A stretch of 64,000 bases of DNA, taken from positions 64,001 through 128,000 of the forward strand of contig CAVYXJ010000013.1 of the NCBI GenBank assembly GCA_963772455.1, read 5' to 3'. A program made the position numbers and the translations under genes. Source of the DNA: Candidatus Bathyarchaeota archaeon (GTDB lineage Archaea > Thermoproteota > Bathyarchaeia > Bathyarchaeales > Bathycorpusculaceae). The notes under the pieces were generated by a model. That model saw only the letters and a list, made by a program, of their open reading frames with translations. It searched no databases and was not told where the DNA came from. This document shows positions 48,994-59,734 of the stretch, piece after piece; the first letter of the stretch is position 1; each line of letters opens with the position of its first letter.

Positions 48994-49548
48994 TCAGGAT
49001 TTGTAAAGTTTAGGATCCAATAGAGCGAAATTGTTTCCACCCGTGTGGTAGATTATTCGGGTTTTTTTTAGGTCATAGCCGCTTTCAGTGAATGCGCCCA
49101 TATCAGCGTATGCTTCGAGGATTTTGCCCACAAATATTGTATGATCGCCTGTTGTCGTTTGGCTATCTACTTCACATTCGAGGTGGGCTATGCATTCGCG
49201 GATGGCTGGTGCTTTGACTTGTTTTGCTGGCATCTGTGTTAAACTAGTTTTTTTGAATTTGTCGAAGCTTCTGCCTGTTAGCGAGCCACAAGCGTAGACT
49301 GCCTGCAGGATTTCGAGAGTTGGGATGTTAACGATAAATTCTCCCGATTCTTCGATTAAAGAGTGGCTGTGGCGGGTTGGTGCGAGGCTTATAGCTAGGA
49401 GCGGCGGTTTAAGTGAGGTTGGCATTGCCCATGCAACAGTTGTAATGTTTGGTTTGTTAGTTTTTCCAACACATGAAATCAACACTGTGTGCATAGGATG
49501 AAGAAGCCTGAAAGCCGATGCTATGTTAACTTGAGTTTTAGCCGACAC
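48994..49548 (-). CDS. Flavin reductase family protein
   Basis: PPLLAISL, EFIVNIP, AHLECEV, GDHTIFVG. Confidence 0.9.
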   Translation of the reverse strand: MSAKTQVNIASAFRLLHPMHTVLISCVGKTNKPNITTVAWAMPTSLKPPLLAISLAPTRHSHSLIEESGEFIVNIPTLEILQAVYACGSLTGRSFDKFKKTSLTQMPAKQVKAPAIRECIAHLECEVDSQTTTGDHTIFVGKILEAYADMGAFTESGYDLKKTRIIYHTGGNNFALLDPKLYKS

Positions 49549-49802
49549 CTAAACCACCTTTACAATCTTCAGTTATTATGTTTGCCAAACTTATACTTTC
49601 TTTCTTTAATATGAAGAAATGTCTATTTTGGGATTATTGTTAAACGTCACGTTAAAAACCATTATCTATCTGAAGATAGCAACAATGAACCACAGTGCCT
49701 TAAGAGTTTGAGACTAAATTTGCTTTTTTTAAAAAAAAATATTAACTTCAGAACCCATAAGAAAAATAAATTTAAAGTTCTTATTCCAATCTTCTGGCGT
49801 TA

Positions 49803-50423
49803 TCAAACCAATAGTTGCTGCAGGACAGTTAAAGTTCCATATCTTCCCAAACTTAAGAGATTGTCGCCTTTGAAAGTTCGCACTGATGCACCCTTAATCT
49901 GAACCAAATCACCAACAGAGGGTAAGCTTGCCTGTTCACCCCAAAGACAAATCTTAACTTTCCCAGTTTCATCAGTCACCCACAAATTAGTCACCTTTAC
50001 TCTGCTTCCATACTGGGTATTTACTATTTTTGGTTCTTCTATCTCAAAAACTTCTGCTTTTAAATTGATCTTTTTCATTCCACGCCGCAGGTTTTGGATA
50101 AAAATTAAGTCGACTCCAAGATTTTGCTTAGACATTTGACGACGTATTTTGTCAGTGTCCAACCAACTTTCGAAACTTATGTTTTTCCTAAGGAGAAACG
50201 TTTCTTCAACTCGGAACTGCATTATAACTTTGTTAACTTTTGTAATTAGAAAAACTGCTTGATGATTTATGATGCCGCGGTATTCGATTGTTAGGTCTCC
50301 ACATGTGGATTTTCGAAGTGCCCTGGCTGAAATTAATGCTTGGTAGAGTTCTGATAGGTACAGATTATATTTTACGGATAGAAATGCTAGGTGCTCGATT
50401 ATTATTGGTTCTTTATAGTTCAT
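49803..50423 (-). CDS. OB-fold ssDNA-binding (RPA/SSB-like) domain protein with extra N-terminal domain
   Basis: C-terminal INLKAEV...VTDETGKVKICLWGE...LSLGRYG. Confidence 0.8.
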   Translation of the reverse strand: MNYKEPIIIEHLAFLSVKYNLYLSELYQALISARALRKSTCGDLTIEYRGIINHQAVFLITKVNKVIMQFRVEETFLLRKNISFESWLDTDKIRRQMSKQNLGVDLIFIQNLRRGMKKINLKAEVFEIEEPKIVNTQYGSRVKVTNLWVTDETGKVKICLWGEQASLPSVGDLVQIKGASVRTFKGDNLLSLGRYGTLTVLQQLLV

Positions 50424-50597
50424 TGTTTTTGCTCCATGGATTTTGCCAGAACGTCTTGAAAAAGCGGTAAGGTTAGCGCCAGTGATTCTTCTTCTTGAAA
50501 AATTTCCGACAAATCAACTATAAAGGCTTGTGGAGTATATAGGGATAATAAAATATTGGGAGGTTTTTTCCATGCTTTTCTAAATTTTATAGGTTTA

Positions 50598-51704
50598 TTA
50601 CCTTTTTACGTGGTATTGCTGGATTACGTCTTTAGCTTTTTCTCGTCGCTGTTGGTGTTGCCCGAGGAATATGTTGAGTTTTTCAGCTATGTCTTTTTTG
50701 CATTCACCGCAGAGCATTTCCCCACCTCTACATTTACGTTCGCGTTCAACAAGTTTTACTATGTCTTCTTCAAAAAGGAAAAAGTAGTATTGGAAAATGC
50801 TGCAGACACCCGGATCAGCGCCTTCTTTACGCTGTTCCGCCGCCGTACCTTTGCCACCTGTGAATGCATTCCAGATCTTCTTTTTGACTACGTCAGGCTG
50901 ATCCATGGTAAATATGCTAGTTTCTGGCTGAGAAGCGCTCATTTTTCCCCCTGCACCAAGACCTGGTAGGAAGCGGCAATGAATTTGTGCGGGTTTGTAG
51001 TAGCCAAGTTTTTGAGCAACGTCCCGGGTTACTCTCCAATAGGGGTCTTGGTCGATGGCGGCCGGAATCAGTGCTGGTACGTTTTCGCCTGTGAGTTTTT
51101 TGTGGAGAAAACAAGGTGCAGCTTGGATGGCTGGCCAGAAAACCCAGCCGATGTTAGTGCTATCTTGGAAGCCGAAACTGCTGCGGGCAGTGCTGTAGGT
51201 TATGCGTTTGGCTATTTCGAGTGTTATATCATATAGTAAGTCGATATCTTCTGAATCATAAATGATGAAAGTATCTTCAGGTTTAAATCCTAACGCGATA
51301 AGGTCCAAGGCATTTTCGTACGCCCATTTGCGGGTTTGCTTAAGGTTTGCGTTATCACTGATTAAGAATTTTTCATCGTCTGTTAATTGAAAATAGAGCC
51401 GTGTTTTGAATTTTTGTTGAATATGAAGGCTGAATATCCAAGGAACCAAATGTCCAATGTGGACGGGTCCAGATGGTCCTCTGCCAGTGTACAAAACAAA
51501 TTTTATGCCTTTATCGTAGAGGTCAAGAACAGTGTCGAGATCTCGATGACTGAAAAAAATTTTTCGTTCAAGCTGAAGGTGGAGCTTACCAGTTTTGTTT
51601 TCCACTCGCTTGAGAAGTTCTGGAGATAAAGGTTGGGTACCGAATTCTTTTACGAGACGTTCGTAGTCTACTTTGCCCTTTACTTCCCAGGGAGTAACTA
51701 CCAT
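50598..51704 (-). CDS. trpS: Tryptophanyl-tRNA synthetase
   Basis: VTPWEV, YTGRGPSG, HIGH, AIDQDPY, KMSAS. Confidence 0.97.
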   Translation of the reverse strand: MVVTPWEVKGKVDYERLVKEFGTQPLSPELLKRVENKTGKLHLQLERKIFFSHRDLDTVLDLYDKGIKFVLYTGRGPSGPVHIGHLVPWIFSLHIQQKFKTRLYFQLTDDEKFLISDNANLKQTRKWAYENALDLIALGFKPEDTFIIYDSEDIDLLYDITLEIAKRITYSTARSSFGFQDSTNIGWVFWPAIQAAPCFLHKKLTGENVPALIPAAIDQDPYWRVTRDVAQKLGYYKPAQIHCRFLPGLGAGGKMSASQPETSIFTMDQPDVVKKKIWNAFTGGKGTAAEQRKEGADPGVCSIFQYYFFLFEEDIVKLVERERKCRGGEMLCGECKKDIAEKLNIFLGQHQQRREKAKDVIQQYHVKR

Positions 51705-51987
51705 TTCTCCATTGTTTTCTTCAGCATTCGCCGTTTATGTTCACCAGTGCTTTTAATGAGAAACGGTGTTTTGACATATATGCTTTTTTCGGTAGAAAAC
51801 TTTAGTCAAAAACATTGCTGAAAACTCTAAAGTGGGTCAAAGGTCGTATTGACGAATGACCCACTAAGCATTGAAAAACAAAAATGCGAACCTTGGTCAA
51901 GAAAGATGAAGTTATCTTGTTTGCTTGTTTTTTACAAAATGGTCGAAGGCAAAAATCTAACAAAAGAAAAACAAAGTGAAAAAGGAT

Positions 51988-52953
51988 TTAGGCAGATTCG
52001 CATTTCTGCAAAAGTCGTTGCCAACGTAGATCAGTAGTACTTTGGATTTCATCGATTATGTGCTGGTTCTGAGGCGTGAATAGGTGTCTGAACCTGCCTT
52101 GTCCTTCAAGGTACGCTTTCACTGGTTTCTTTTTCTGCGGTGCTAGAGCAATTAATTTGCTGGGTATTGAAAGTTGTCGTTTGCCGTTTACTGCTTCCCA
52201 GATTGGAAAAACACATGACTCAACGGAAAGCTTGGAGTACTCCATGGTTTTTGCTGGTTCGCTTCTCCAGCCTCTTGGGCAAGGAGCAAAAATATGTAGA
52301 AATGCTGGACCTTCAACTTCCAAGCCTTTACGGACTTTAGTTAGCATGTCTTTCCAATAGTAAGGTGTCGCGGTAGCAACATACTCCATTTCATGAGCTA
52401 ACATTATTTCGGTGATAGGTTTTTTCTTTTCTAACTTGCCAGGATTGACTGAACCAGCTGGGGTTGTGGTTGTTGCTGCGCCAACAGGTGTTGAACTGCT
52501 TCTTTGGATACCAGTATTCATGTATCCTTCGTTGTCATAGAGGATAAAGAGGAAGTCATGTCCACGTTCCACAGCGCCAGACAATGCTTGCAAGCCAATG
52601 TCGTAGGTTCCGCCGTCGCCAGCTAAAGCAATTATATCTATGTGCTCTTGTTTGATTTTGCCTTTTTTACGCATTGCTTTTATGGCTGCGTCAATGCCTG
52701 AAGCGTTTGCAGCGGCATTTTCAAAAGCGGTATGAAGCCAAGGTATTGCCCAAGACGAGTATGGGTAAATGGAGCCAACTATTTCCATACAACCTGTTGC
52801 TTGAGTCACAATTGTTGGTCCACGTGTTGCTTTCATGACCATTCTAAGCATTGCTGCTGGACCGCAGCCTGCACATGCTCTGTGGCCTGACAAGAAAAGG
52901 TCTGGTTTGAGTGCAATATCTTTAGATGTAAATTTCCATTCTTGTGTTGTCAT
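51988..52953 (-). CDS. porB: Pyruvate/2-oxoacid:ferredoxin oxidoreductase beta subunit
   Basis: GHRACAGC, ATGCME, GDGGTYDIG, DNEGYMNTGIQRS. Confidence 0.95.
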   Translation of the reverse strand: MTTQEWKFTSKDIALKPDLFLSGHRACAGCGPAAMLRMVMKATRGPTIVTQATGCMEIVGSIYPYSSWAIPWLHTAFENAAANASGIDAAIKAMRKKGKIKQEHIDIIALAGDGGTYDIGLQALSGAVERGHDFLFILYDNEGYMNTGIQRSSSTPVGAATTTTPAGSVNPGKLEKKKPITEIMLAHEMEYVATATPYYWKDMLTKVRKGLEVEGPAFLHIFAPCPRGWRSEPAKTMEYSKLSVESCVFPIWEAVNGKRQLSIPSKLIALAPQKKKPVKAYLEGQGRFRHLFTPQNQHIIDEIQSTTDLRWQRLLQKCESA

Positions 52954-52966
52954 TTTTTTTCCTCCT

Positions 52967-54200
52967 TTACTCTCTTAATCCTAAATAATGCACTTGGTTT
53001 TCCACTTGACCGGTTTTAGCTATTTTTGTTAAATCTTCGAAGACGCGTCTTAGGTCTTTTGGACTATAATCTCTGCCGCCTAATCCAAAAATGTAATTTA
53101 CTATTATTGGGCGTTGTTTTATATCGTAGAGTGCATTTCTGACTTCGTTGAAAACTGCAGCGCCCAAACCACCTGGACTCATGCTTTTATCCATAACTGC
53201 AACAGCTTTAATGTTTTTCAGTGCATTTCTGTAGGTCTTCTGTCGGTAGCGGCCTAAAGGTGCGCAAACGTAGAACTCCAGCTTTCACACCTTCTTCTCT
53301 CAACTGGTCAACTATTACCTTTAGTGTTCCAGCGGTTGAACCTATGCAGACAATTGCGATTTCTGCGTCTTCAAGCTTGTATTCATCGATAAGTCCGTTT
53401 CCGTAGCTTCTGCCGCTGATTTTAGCATATTCAATATTGACCTCTTGTATCTTTTTTAATGCGTTACGCATGCCTTCTTCTTGTTGACGCTTAAACTCGA
53501 AATAGTAGTTCTGTAAAGCGTTGGGACCCATCGTCATGGGGTTTTCAGGGTCAAGTTTGAAAGGAACGGTTTTTCCTTCGTGGGTAAGTACCATTGGAAA
53601 TTGACGTTCGCCAACGAACTTTTTGATTTCGTCTTCTGAGAGCACATCTACTCTTTCAAGAGTGTGACTGATTGTAAAGCCATCTAAACCCACGATTATC
53701 GGCAATGATACGCCAACATCTTCAGCTATTTTGAAGGCTTGAACAATTGAGTCGTAGGCTTCTTGTGCATTTTCAACATAAATGTGAATCCATCCACTGT
53801 CTCGTTCGGCCATACTGTCGGAGTGGTCACCGTGAATGTTTAGCGGTGCAGAAAGCGCACGATTAGCTACTGCCATTACTACTGGTGCTCGTGAACCCGA
53901 TGTCACAAAAAGCATTTCATGCATTAACGCTAATCCTGCTGAGGCGCTTGCAGTAAAAGTTCTTGCTCCTGTTGCAGATGCTGCAAGGCAAGCTGTCATA
54001 GCACTGTGTTCTGATTCAGTGCAGACAAATTCAGTTAGCACTTCCCCGTTGGCGACGTATTCACTGAATTTTTCAACAATAATTGTTTGGGGAGTGATTG
54101 GGTAAGCTGCAACCACGTCAACGTCGCATTGTTTAACCGCGAAGGCAACTGCTTCGTCACCATTCATTGCCATTGTTTCTTGTTTTGGTTTTTGCGTCAT
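52967..54200 (-). CDS. porA: Pyruvate/2-oxoacid:ferredoxin oxidoreductase alpha subunit (one apparent +1 frameshift ~53230)
   Basis: AYPITPQT, ESEHSA, RTFRPLP; continues in another frame as ...MDKSMSPG...GLGGRD. Confidence 0.92.
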
Positions 54201-54203
54201 TTC

Positions 54204-54488
54204 TTATTCCTCGGGCATTTTCATTGTTATCGCTTTTGCTTGGCATTCGTTAGCGCATATTCCGCAGCCTTTGCAGTAATTGTAGTCAATCTCAACTTTG
54301 CCCATTTCGGGACGCCATTTTATTGCACCCTCAGGGCAAACCATTACACATGTCAGGCAGATAGTGCATTTCTCTAGGTCGCGAATAGGCATGTAAGTTT
54401 TCCAGTCTCCAGTCATGAATCCTATGCTGGATTTCGGGGGAACGCCGGCTATGGATATTTCTTTCCAAGTTTTTTCTTTACTACTCAT
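54204..54488 (-). CDS. porD: POR delta subunit (2x4Fe-4S)
   Basis: TGDWKT, CTICLTC...CP, YCKGCGICANEC. Confidence 0.93.
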   Translation of the reverse strand: MSSKEKTWKEISIAGVPPKSSIGFMTGDWKTYMPIRDLEKCTICLTCVMVCPEGAIKWRPEMGKVEIDYNYCKGCGICANECQAKAITMKMPEE

Positions 54489-55048
54489 TCAACTTTTGCC
54501 TCCTTGTAAGCTTCCTTAATAACTGCAAAGTTTTTCTCAGCCAAATCAGGTCGGAAACGACCCTTCAGGGTTTTCTCAATACCTTCCAAAGTAACTATGC
54601 CAGTGGCTTTAGCAACAACACCCAAAAGTGCGGTGTTTGTTATTGGAGCACCCAAAATTCTAAGAGCAATTTCGGTTGCTGGGACCGTCCAAACTTTGCC
54701 TTTAGTAACCCCGAGGTTTTTCTTTAAAACTGCAGGTTCTTCACTGGAGTTAATAATTAGAGAATCGTCATCTCGGTTTAATCCAGAAGTAACATGGACG
54801 GATTTAAGTAAGGTGTTGTCTAAAACAATGACAACGTCTGGGTTATAGATCGCACAATGTAATCTTATTGGTTCAGTGCTTATTCTTGTAAAAGCAGTTA
54901 CTGGGGCACCCATTCGTTCAGGCCCAAATTCTGGGAAAGATTGAATGTATTTGCCTTCGTCAAGGGCTGTTCGAGCCAAAAGTTCGCTGGCTGTCCAAGC
55001 GCCTTGCCCGCCTCTACCATGCCACCTAAACTCCATCATAGTTTTCAA
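54485..55048 (-). CDS. porG: POR gamma subunit
   Basis: HGRGGQG, FGPERMGAPV. Confidence 0.95.
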   Translation of the reverse strand: MKTMMEFRWHGRGGQGAWTASELLARTALDEGKYIQSFPEFGPERMGAPVTAFTRISTEPIRLHCAIYNPDVVIVLDNTLLKSVHVTSGLNRDDDSLIINSSEEPAVLKKNLGVTKGKVWTVPATEIALRILGAPITNTALLGVVAKATGIVTLEGIEKTLKGRFRPDLAEKNFAVIKEAYKEAKVE

Positions 55049-55326
55049 AACTTATTCCCCTCGCTAAGTCTTTTCTAGCTAAATTGACGCATACCTTGAT
55101 ATACATTTTTGTGTCGAAACGCAAAAACACTTCAATTTAATGTAAAAATAACAAGAGGTTAAATTGACATAAAAACCGTCAACACCACCGCTTAAAGGGT
55201 CAAAAAGTTTATCGATTTGAACATTTTCCTTTTTCATTTGAGCAATAAAGTTATATTTTACTATTGACTGACTAGATTTTTGGTTCAAGAGGCTGTTTTT
55301 GATATGACTAAAATGGGGAACAGCAA

Positions 55327-56790
55327 GTGCCAGATGTGATTTTAACCGCAGACAGAACATTAATGAGCAATTATCATAGCAACGAATTTCTAGGATTCGG
55401 AACCTGCGCTCCCCCAAACTTTCTTCCAGAATGGCTCTACAGCTACCTTTTCTTTCCACCAATAAAAACAACCAAGGGTCAACCCTTAACTGCCCCGTAT
55501 GGTTTGAGAAAGACTGAAGCTCAACTTCTAAAAGAAGGTTTTACAGTTGAAACAATAAGCCCAAACCACATAGGAAACAGCCTGAAAGAAACAAAGGTGC
55601 TGGGCATTCATGCTATGGACCCTTTTGGTTTAGGTCCAGCTTCAACAACCCTCGCATTTATATTCAAAAAAGAACCCTACCTTGCAAAACATTTTCAAGC
55701 ATTACTAAAAAGCCCAGCTATTAAGAAGGCTAAACAAAACGGATTAAAAATCATTGTTGGTGGACCTGGCGCCTGGCAGTTTCAATATCGAGAGAACGCT
55801 ACTAATGAGTTAGGTATTGACTGCATCGTTGAAGGGGAAGCAGAAAACATATTGGGAAAACTATTCAGGTCAGCTATTGAAGGGCAAGAACTTCCCAGTC
55901 ACTACGAAGTCGGCGTTGGTGAGGTTCCATGTTTGGAAGAAATCCCAGACATCGTTTCACCATCTATTAACGGTTTAATTGAGATTGGAAGAGGCTGTTG
56001 TCGAGGATGCCAATTCTGCAACGTTACTCAAAGACCCTTAAGGTGGTACCCAATTGAAAAAATAGATCGCGAATTAAACGTTAATCTTAATTCAGGAAAA
56101 GTATCTGCTGTTTGCCTCCATTCAGAAGATGTTATGCTTTATGGATCAAACAATACAACATCTAATTATGATAAACTTGTAGAATTGCACGAATTAGTTA
56201 TGAAGAAAGTAGATAGCTTAAGCTGGAGCCATTGCTCGCTTGCAGCTGTTGCATCTTCACCTAAGCTTTTTTCGAAGTTATCAGAAATTATTTTGGAGAA
56301 ACAGACTTGGTGGGGCGCCGAGGTAGGTATAGAAACTGGTTCTCCTGAAGTGGCTAAAAAAATTATGCCTGCAAAGGCTCATCCATTTAAGGCTGAAGAT
56401 TGGCATGACGTGGTCGTTAATGGAATGGGTTTAATGCATGATAACAAGTTGGTTCCTGCTTGTACCTTGATTGTCGGATTACCTGATGAACAAGAAGAAG
56501 ATGTTATAAAAACAATGGATTTAGTTGCCGACTTAAAAGATATGCGAAGCCTTATTGTTCCCTTATTTTTCGTGCCTCTTGGAAAATTGAAGAGCGAAGA
56601 CTGGTTTACAAATACTCAACTAAACAAGTTACACAAACAGCTTCTGTTACAATGTGTTGAACACGACTTTCACTGGGTTGATAACTTGCTTGACTGGACT
56701 TTTTCTGGCAAATGGTATTCTCGAATAATGAAGGATTTCTACAAGGGTTTCTCAGCTATTGCAAAGCATAAAGTTAGGCAAATAGAATAA
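55327..56790 (+). CDS. B12-binding-domain radical SAM protein
   Basis: APYGLRK, MDPFGLGP, GGPGAWQ, RGCCRGCQFC, GIETGS. Confidence 0.88.
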   Translation: MPDVILTADRTLMSNYHSNEFLGFGTCAPPNFLPEWLYSYLFFPPIKTTKGQPLTAPYGLRKTEAQLLKEGFTVETISPNHIGNSLKETKVLGIHAMDPFGLGPASTTLAFIFKKEPYLAKHFQALLKSPAIKKAKQNGLKIIVGGPGAWQFQYRENATNELGIDCIVEGEAENILGKLFRSAIEGQELPSHYEVGVGEVPCLEEIPDIVSPSINGLIEIGRGCCRGCQFCNVTQRPLRWYPIEKIDRELNVNLNSGKVSAVCLHSEDVMLYGSNNTTSNYDKLVELHELVMKKVDSLSWSHCSLAAVASSPKLFSKLSEIILEKQTWWGAEVGIETGSPEVAKKIMPAKAHPFKAEDWHDVVVNGMGLMHDNKLVPACTLIVGLPDEQEEDVIKTMDLVADLKDMRSLIVPLFFVPLGKLKSEDWFTNTQLNKLHKQLLLQCVEHDFHWVDNLLDWTFSGKWYSRIMKDFYKGFSAIAKHKVRQIE

Positions 56791-56857
56791 ACATTTTTAA
56801 AACAACTAAATTTAAATACTCTTGTTGAACTGAAAGAGGAAGAAGAACCAGTGGGTT

Positions 56858-56934
56858 GCCGCTGTTGCATAGCCCGGTAGTGCGACTGACTGTTAATCAG
56901 TAGGTCAAAGGTTCGAGTCCTTTCAGCGGCGCCA
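56858..56934 (+). tRNA. tRNA-Asn(GTT)
   Basis: Acceptor GCCGCTG/CAGCGGC, anticodon arm ACTGA-CTGTTAA-TCAGT, T-loop TTCGAGT, encoded CCA. Confidence 0.95.
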
Positions 56935-57267
56935 ATCTCCATCTACTTTCATACTGAATTTACCGCTTTTTTCCTTTTTATTTCAGATGTTTCAAAATAT
57001 TTGCTACTAAAGCATTTTGTGGTGCAAGGTTAAAAATGGTTGTAGTCTAGTTTGGTCTAGGCTTCGATGGCGTTAACTCCATTTCACTTCTGACTTTCTT
57101 CAAAAACTTTGTTTTCTTTTGAAATTAGGTGTGAATAAGGTTGTTTTTTTTTAAATGGTCTGTTGCTTGTTGTAGTGGCGAGGCTACAGCACGACTTTAT
57201 ATCTTCAATCGTCACTCTTAATATTGATTAGATTCAGTTTTGAACTGTTCTAAAGAGGTGAAATATT

Positions 57268-57582
57268 TTGAACAGAAAAATCTTCCATGGAGCCATTCTC
57301 GAAAGTATCCTACTCGACCTCATAAGCGAAACATCCGAACGCGGCCTACACGGCTACGCCATCTTGAAGGCAGTGGATAAAAAATTCGGAATACACTTGG
57401 GCGCATCAACTATATACCCTGAACTTAAGCGTTTGGAGAAACATGGGCTTATTGGTTCAAGTTGGGAGTTCGTTCTGGGAAAAGCTCGAAGGCAATATCG
57501 AATTACGAGGAAAGGGAGGAGTCTGCTTATGGCATATTTTGTGGAGTTAAAAGCTGTTATCCCAGTTTTTGTTACCTGCTAA
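57268..57582 (+). CDS. PadR family transcriptional regulator
   Basis: LHGYAI, STIYPELKRLEKHGLI, RRQYRITRKG. Confidence 0.9.
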   Translation: MNRKIFHGAILESILLDLISETSERGLHGYAILKAVDKKFGIHLGASTIYPELKRLEKHGLIGSSWEFVLGKARRQYRITRKGRSLLMAYFVELKAVIPVFVTC

Positions 57583-58021
57583 ACTGAAGGCTGTTTAGTT
57601 GCATTGAATGAATAAGATTATCTGTTTCTAAATTTTGAAGATTTGCAGAAACATACTGTATGGAAACAGTTATGCGTTTTCGGCTAAAGATGCTTCTTAT
57701 TTCGTTGTTTATTTTTGAATCGTTTATGCCTTTACTTGCATGCACAAAACGATGCTGATCAGGCGAAGAGTGACTGTTTGGTGTTAGGGTCATACATTCT
57801 GATGTTATGCTGTTTTATGAGGTCTGCTTTGACGATCAAGTTTTGGACTAGTTTGCGTAGATGTTTTGCGGTTATGGATTTTGTTTTGCGTCTCATTTCG
57901 TCTCGGATTAGGGTGATTCGCCAATTAGTTCTTCGAGCGGCATTTTGAGTGTTCCTTTTCCTCTGCGCTATATGGAACAAAAAAGTTAAATTCTAAAAAC
58001 ACCTTGGTTGCATGATTTCAC

Positions 58022-58645
58022 ATGCCTTATTGCGAAAACTGTGGACACCAATTAAATCCAAACGCTAATTTCTGCGGAAACTGCGGAAACCAACAAAAAC
58101 AGCAAGTCCAACATTTTCCACCTCCCCCTCCACCACCTACATTTATGCCTCAAATTGAACAAGTCAAGACATTAAACTCAATTAGTCAAGTTGGCACTGA
58201 ACAAATTTTAAGCTTTATTATTGCTCAAAAATCAAAGAGATTCGGAAATGCAGACTATTACACGGGCATTCTAACTAATCAACAGCTAATTTTTGTTCCA
58301 ATTACTAAAGAGATACTCAAAGAAATCTCTGAAATATCAAAGCAGCAGGCGAAAAGAAAACAAGGTCCAGAACCGATAACATATCCCTATCAACAAAGAT
58401 ACCTCTCAATGTCGCCTTCGGCAATATTGGCTAGTATTCCAGGTTGCATCGTAATTCAACATAGTTCTATCCAGGAAGTCAACTTGGCAGTAGTTGGCTC
58501 GATTGGCGATGGATATTCAGATACCAATGAGTATGAATTGAAAATTACTTCTAGTTTGGGAAATTATGTTTTTCAAATGACTAAAAGAGACGAATATGCT
58601 AGCAGGCTAAAGCAAATCTACCAAAATAAGTTAAGATTGCGGTAA
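58022..58645 (+). CDS. Zinc-ribbon domain protein
   Basis: YCENCG...FCGNCG, poly-Pro linker, C-terminal globular domain. Confidence 0.8.
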   Translation: MPYCENCGHQLNPNANFCGNCGNQQKQQVQHFPPPPPPPTFMPQIEQVKTLNSISQVGTEQILSFIIAQKSKRFGNADYYTGILTNQQLIFVPITKEILKEISEISKQQAKRKQGPEPITYPYQQRYLSMSPSAILASIPGCIVIQHSSIQEVNLAVVGSIGDGYSDTNEYELKITSSLGNYVFQMTKRDEYASRLKQIYQNKLRLR

Positions 58646-58795
58646 GTCAAAAAAATTCTCGTTTGAGCCTTTAGATCTTAACCCGCAAAGTCCAGCTGCT
58701 ATTCAAGAGGTTCAAAAATTTTTCTTAATTTTAGAACGAAATTTCTGCAATACGGTTATATAATTGCGCAAGTTAGCTTCTTTGAGGTTGTTGTT

Positions 58796-59167
58796 TTGTC
58801 TGAAGTTACTTGGAATAAACCTGTCTTATGCATTTTTAAAGAACGTGACGTTAACCCTGAAGTTGATCCCTTCGTTGTTGTCAAAGCAAAAAAGCTAACG
58901 ATAAATAAAAGCGCAGAAGCAAAGTATTCTGGCAGCATAACGGATTTTTTCACTCTAATGGGCGACGCTGACTACTTAACAACAAAAGAAGGTTTAGCTG
59001 ATCACTATGTTATATGCTGGTTTGACGATACCGAGCCCGATACAACTAAAGATTTGAGGCGAATGAGGGGTGTCTCGTTCAAAGCCAAAGCCACCTGCGT
59101 AATAAATGAAAGCGGAAAAAGAACATATAATGCTACTTTTAACGCTGTGCATGCTAAACTTAAATGA
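58796..59167 (+). CDS. Hypothetical protein
   Basis: 123 aa ORF, GAGGT RBS before TTG. Confidence 0.65.
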   Translation: MSEVTWNKPVLCIFKERDVNPEVDPFVVVKAKKLTINKSAEAKYSGSITDFFTLMGDADYLTTKEGLADHYVICWFDDTEPDTTKDLRRMRGVSFKAKATCVINESGKRTYNATFNAVHAKLK

Positions 59168-59327
59168 CTAATTTTTATTCACCTAACTTTATTAGGTAAC
59201 CAATTACCGTTCTTTTACAATTACAATTTAACATCCTAACTGATGAGTTAATGGTGAATTTTACAAAGTTTTTTAACCTACTCTTAAATATAACAGGATA
59301 AATTTCTATTGGGTAAGGTTGTAGGCC

Positions 59328-59729
59328 ATGGTGGAGCAAATATTAAGTGCTACTCTAATCACTGGTAGAACGATAGATCAAGGCGTAGGAAAAGAGATGG
59401 GGAAAGGCTCCAAAGAATACTTTGATAGTAGTTCAGTTTGCTTCATAGATAAATCTGACATGCTAAAACTTGGTATAAAAAGCGGAACAAATGTTCAAGT
59501 GACCTCTAAGTACGGTTCTGTCATCGTTAAAGCAGTAAAATTTCCAAGCGGAATCACACCTGGAATGGTTTTTATACCATGCGGTTTGTGGGCAAATGCA
59601 ATATGTGGCGACGAAACTTTCGGAATGGGCATGCCTATTTTTAAGGGGTTTCCAGTTGAAGTCAAAGCTGCCCCAAATGAAGCTGTCTTAACCCTTGATG
59701 AGCTTCTAATGAAAGAATATGGACGGTAA
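59328..59729 (+). CDS. fwdD: Formylmethanofuran dehydrogenase subunit D
   Basis: LITGRTIDQG, VFIPCGLWAN, GMPIFKG. Confidence 0.92.
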   Translation: MVEQILSATLITGRTIDQGVGKEMGKGSKEYFDSSSVCFIDKSDMLKLGIKSGTNVQVTSKYGSVIVKAVKFPSGITPGMVFIPCGLWANAICGDETFGMGMPIFKGFPVEVKAAPNEAVLTLDELLMKEYGR

Positions 59730-59734
59730 TTATT

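Noticed and set aside
229-54200. Frameshifts in the ABC ATPase (x2), integrase (x2), Zn-ribbon, 23309 surface gene, presenilin-like protease and porA as programmed frameshifting or pseudogenisation
   Set aside because: Those examined are each repaired by removing one base, hit housekeeping genes such as porA, and lack consistent slippery sites. Uncorrected long-read insertion errors are the simplest explanation.
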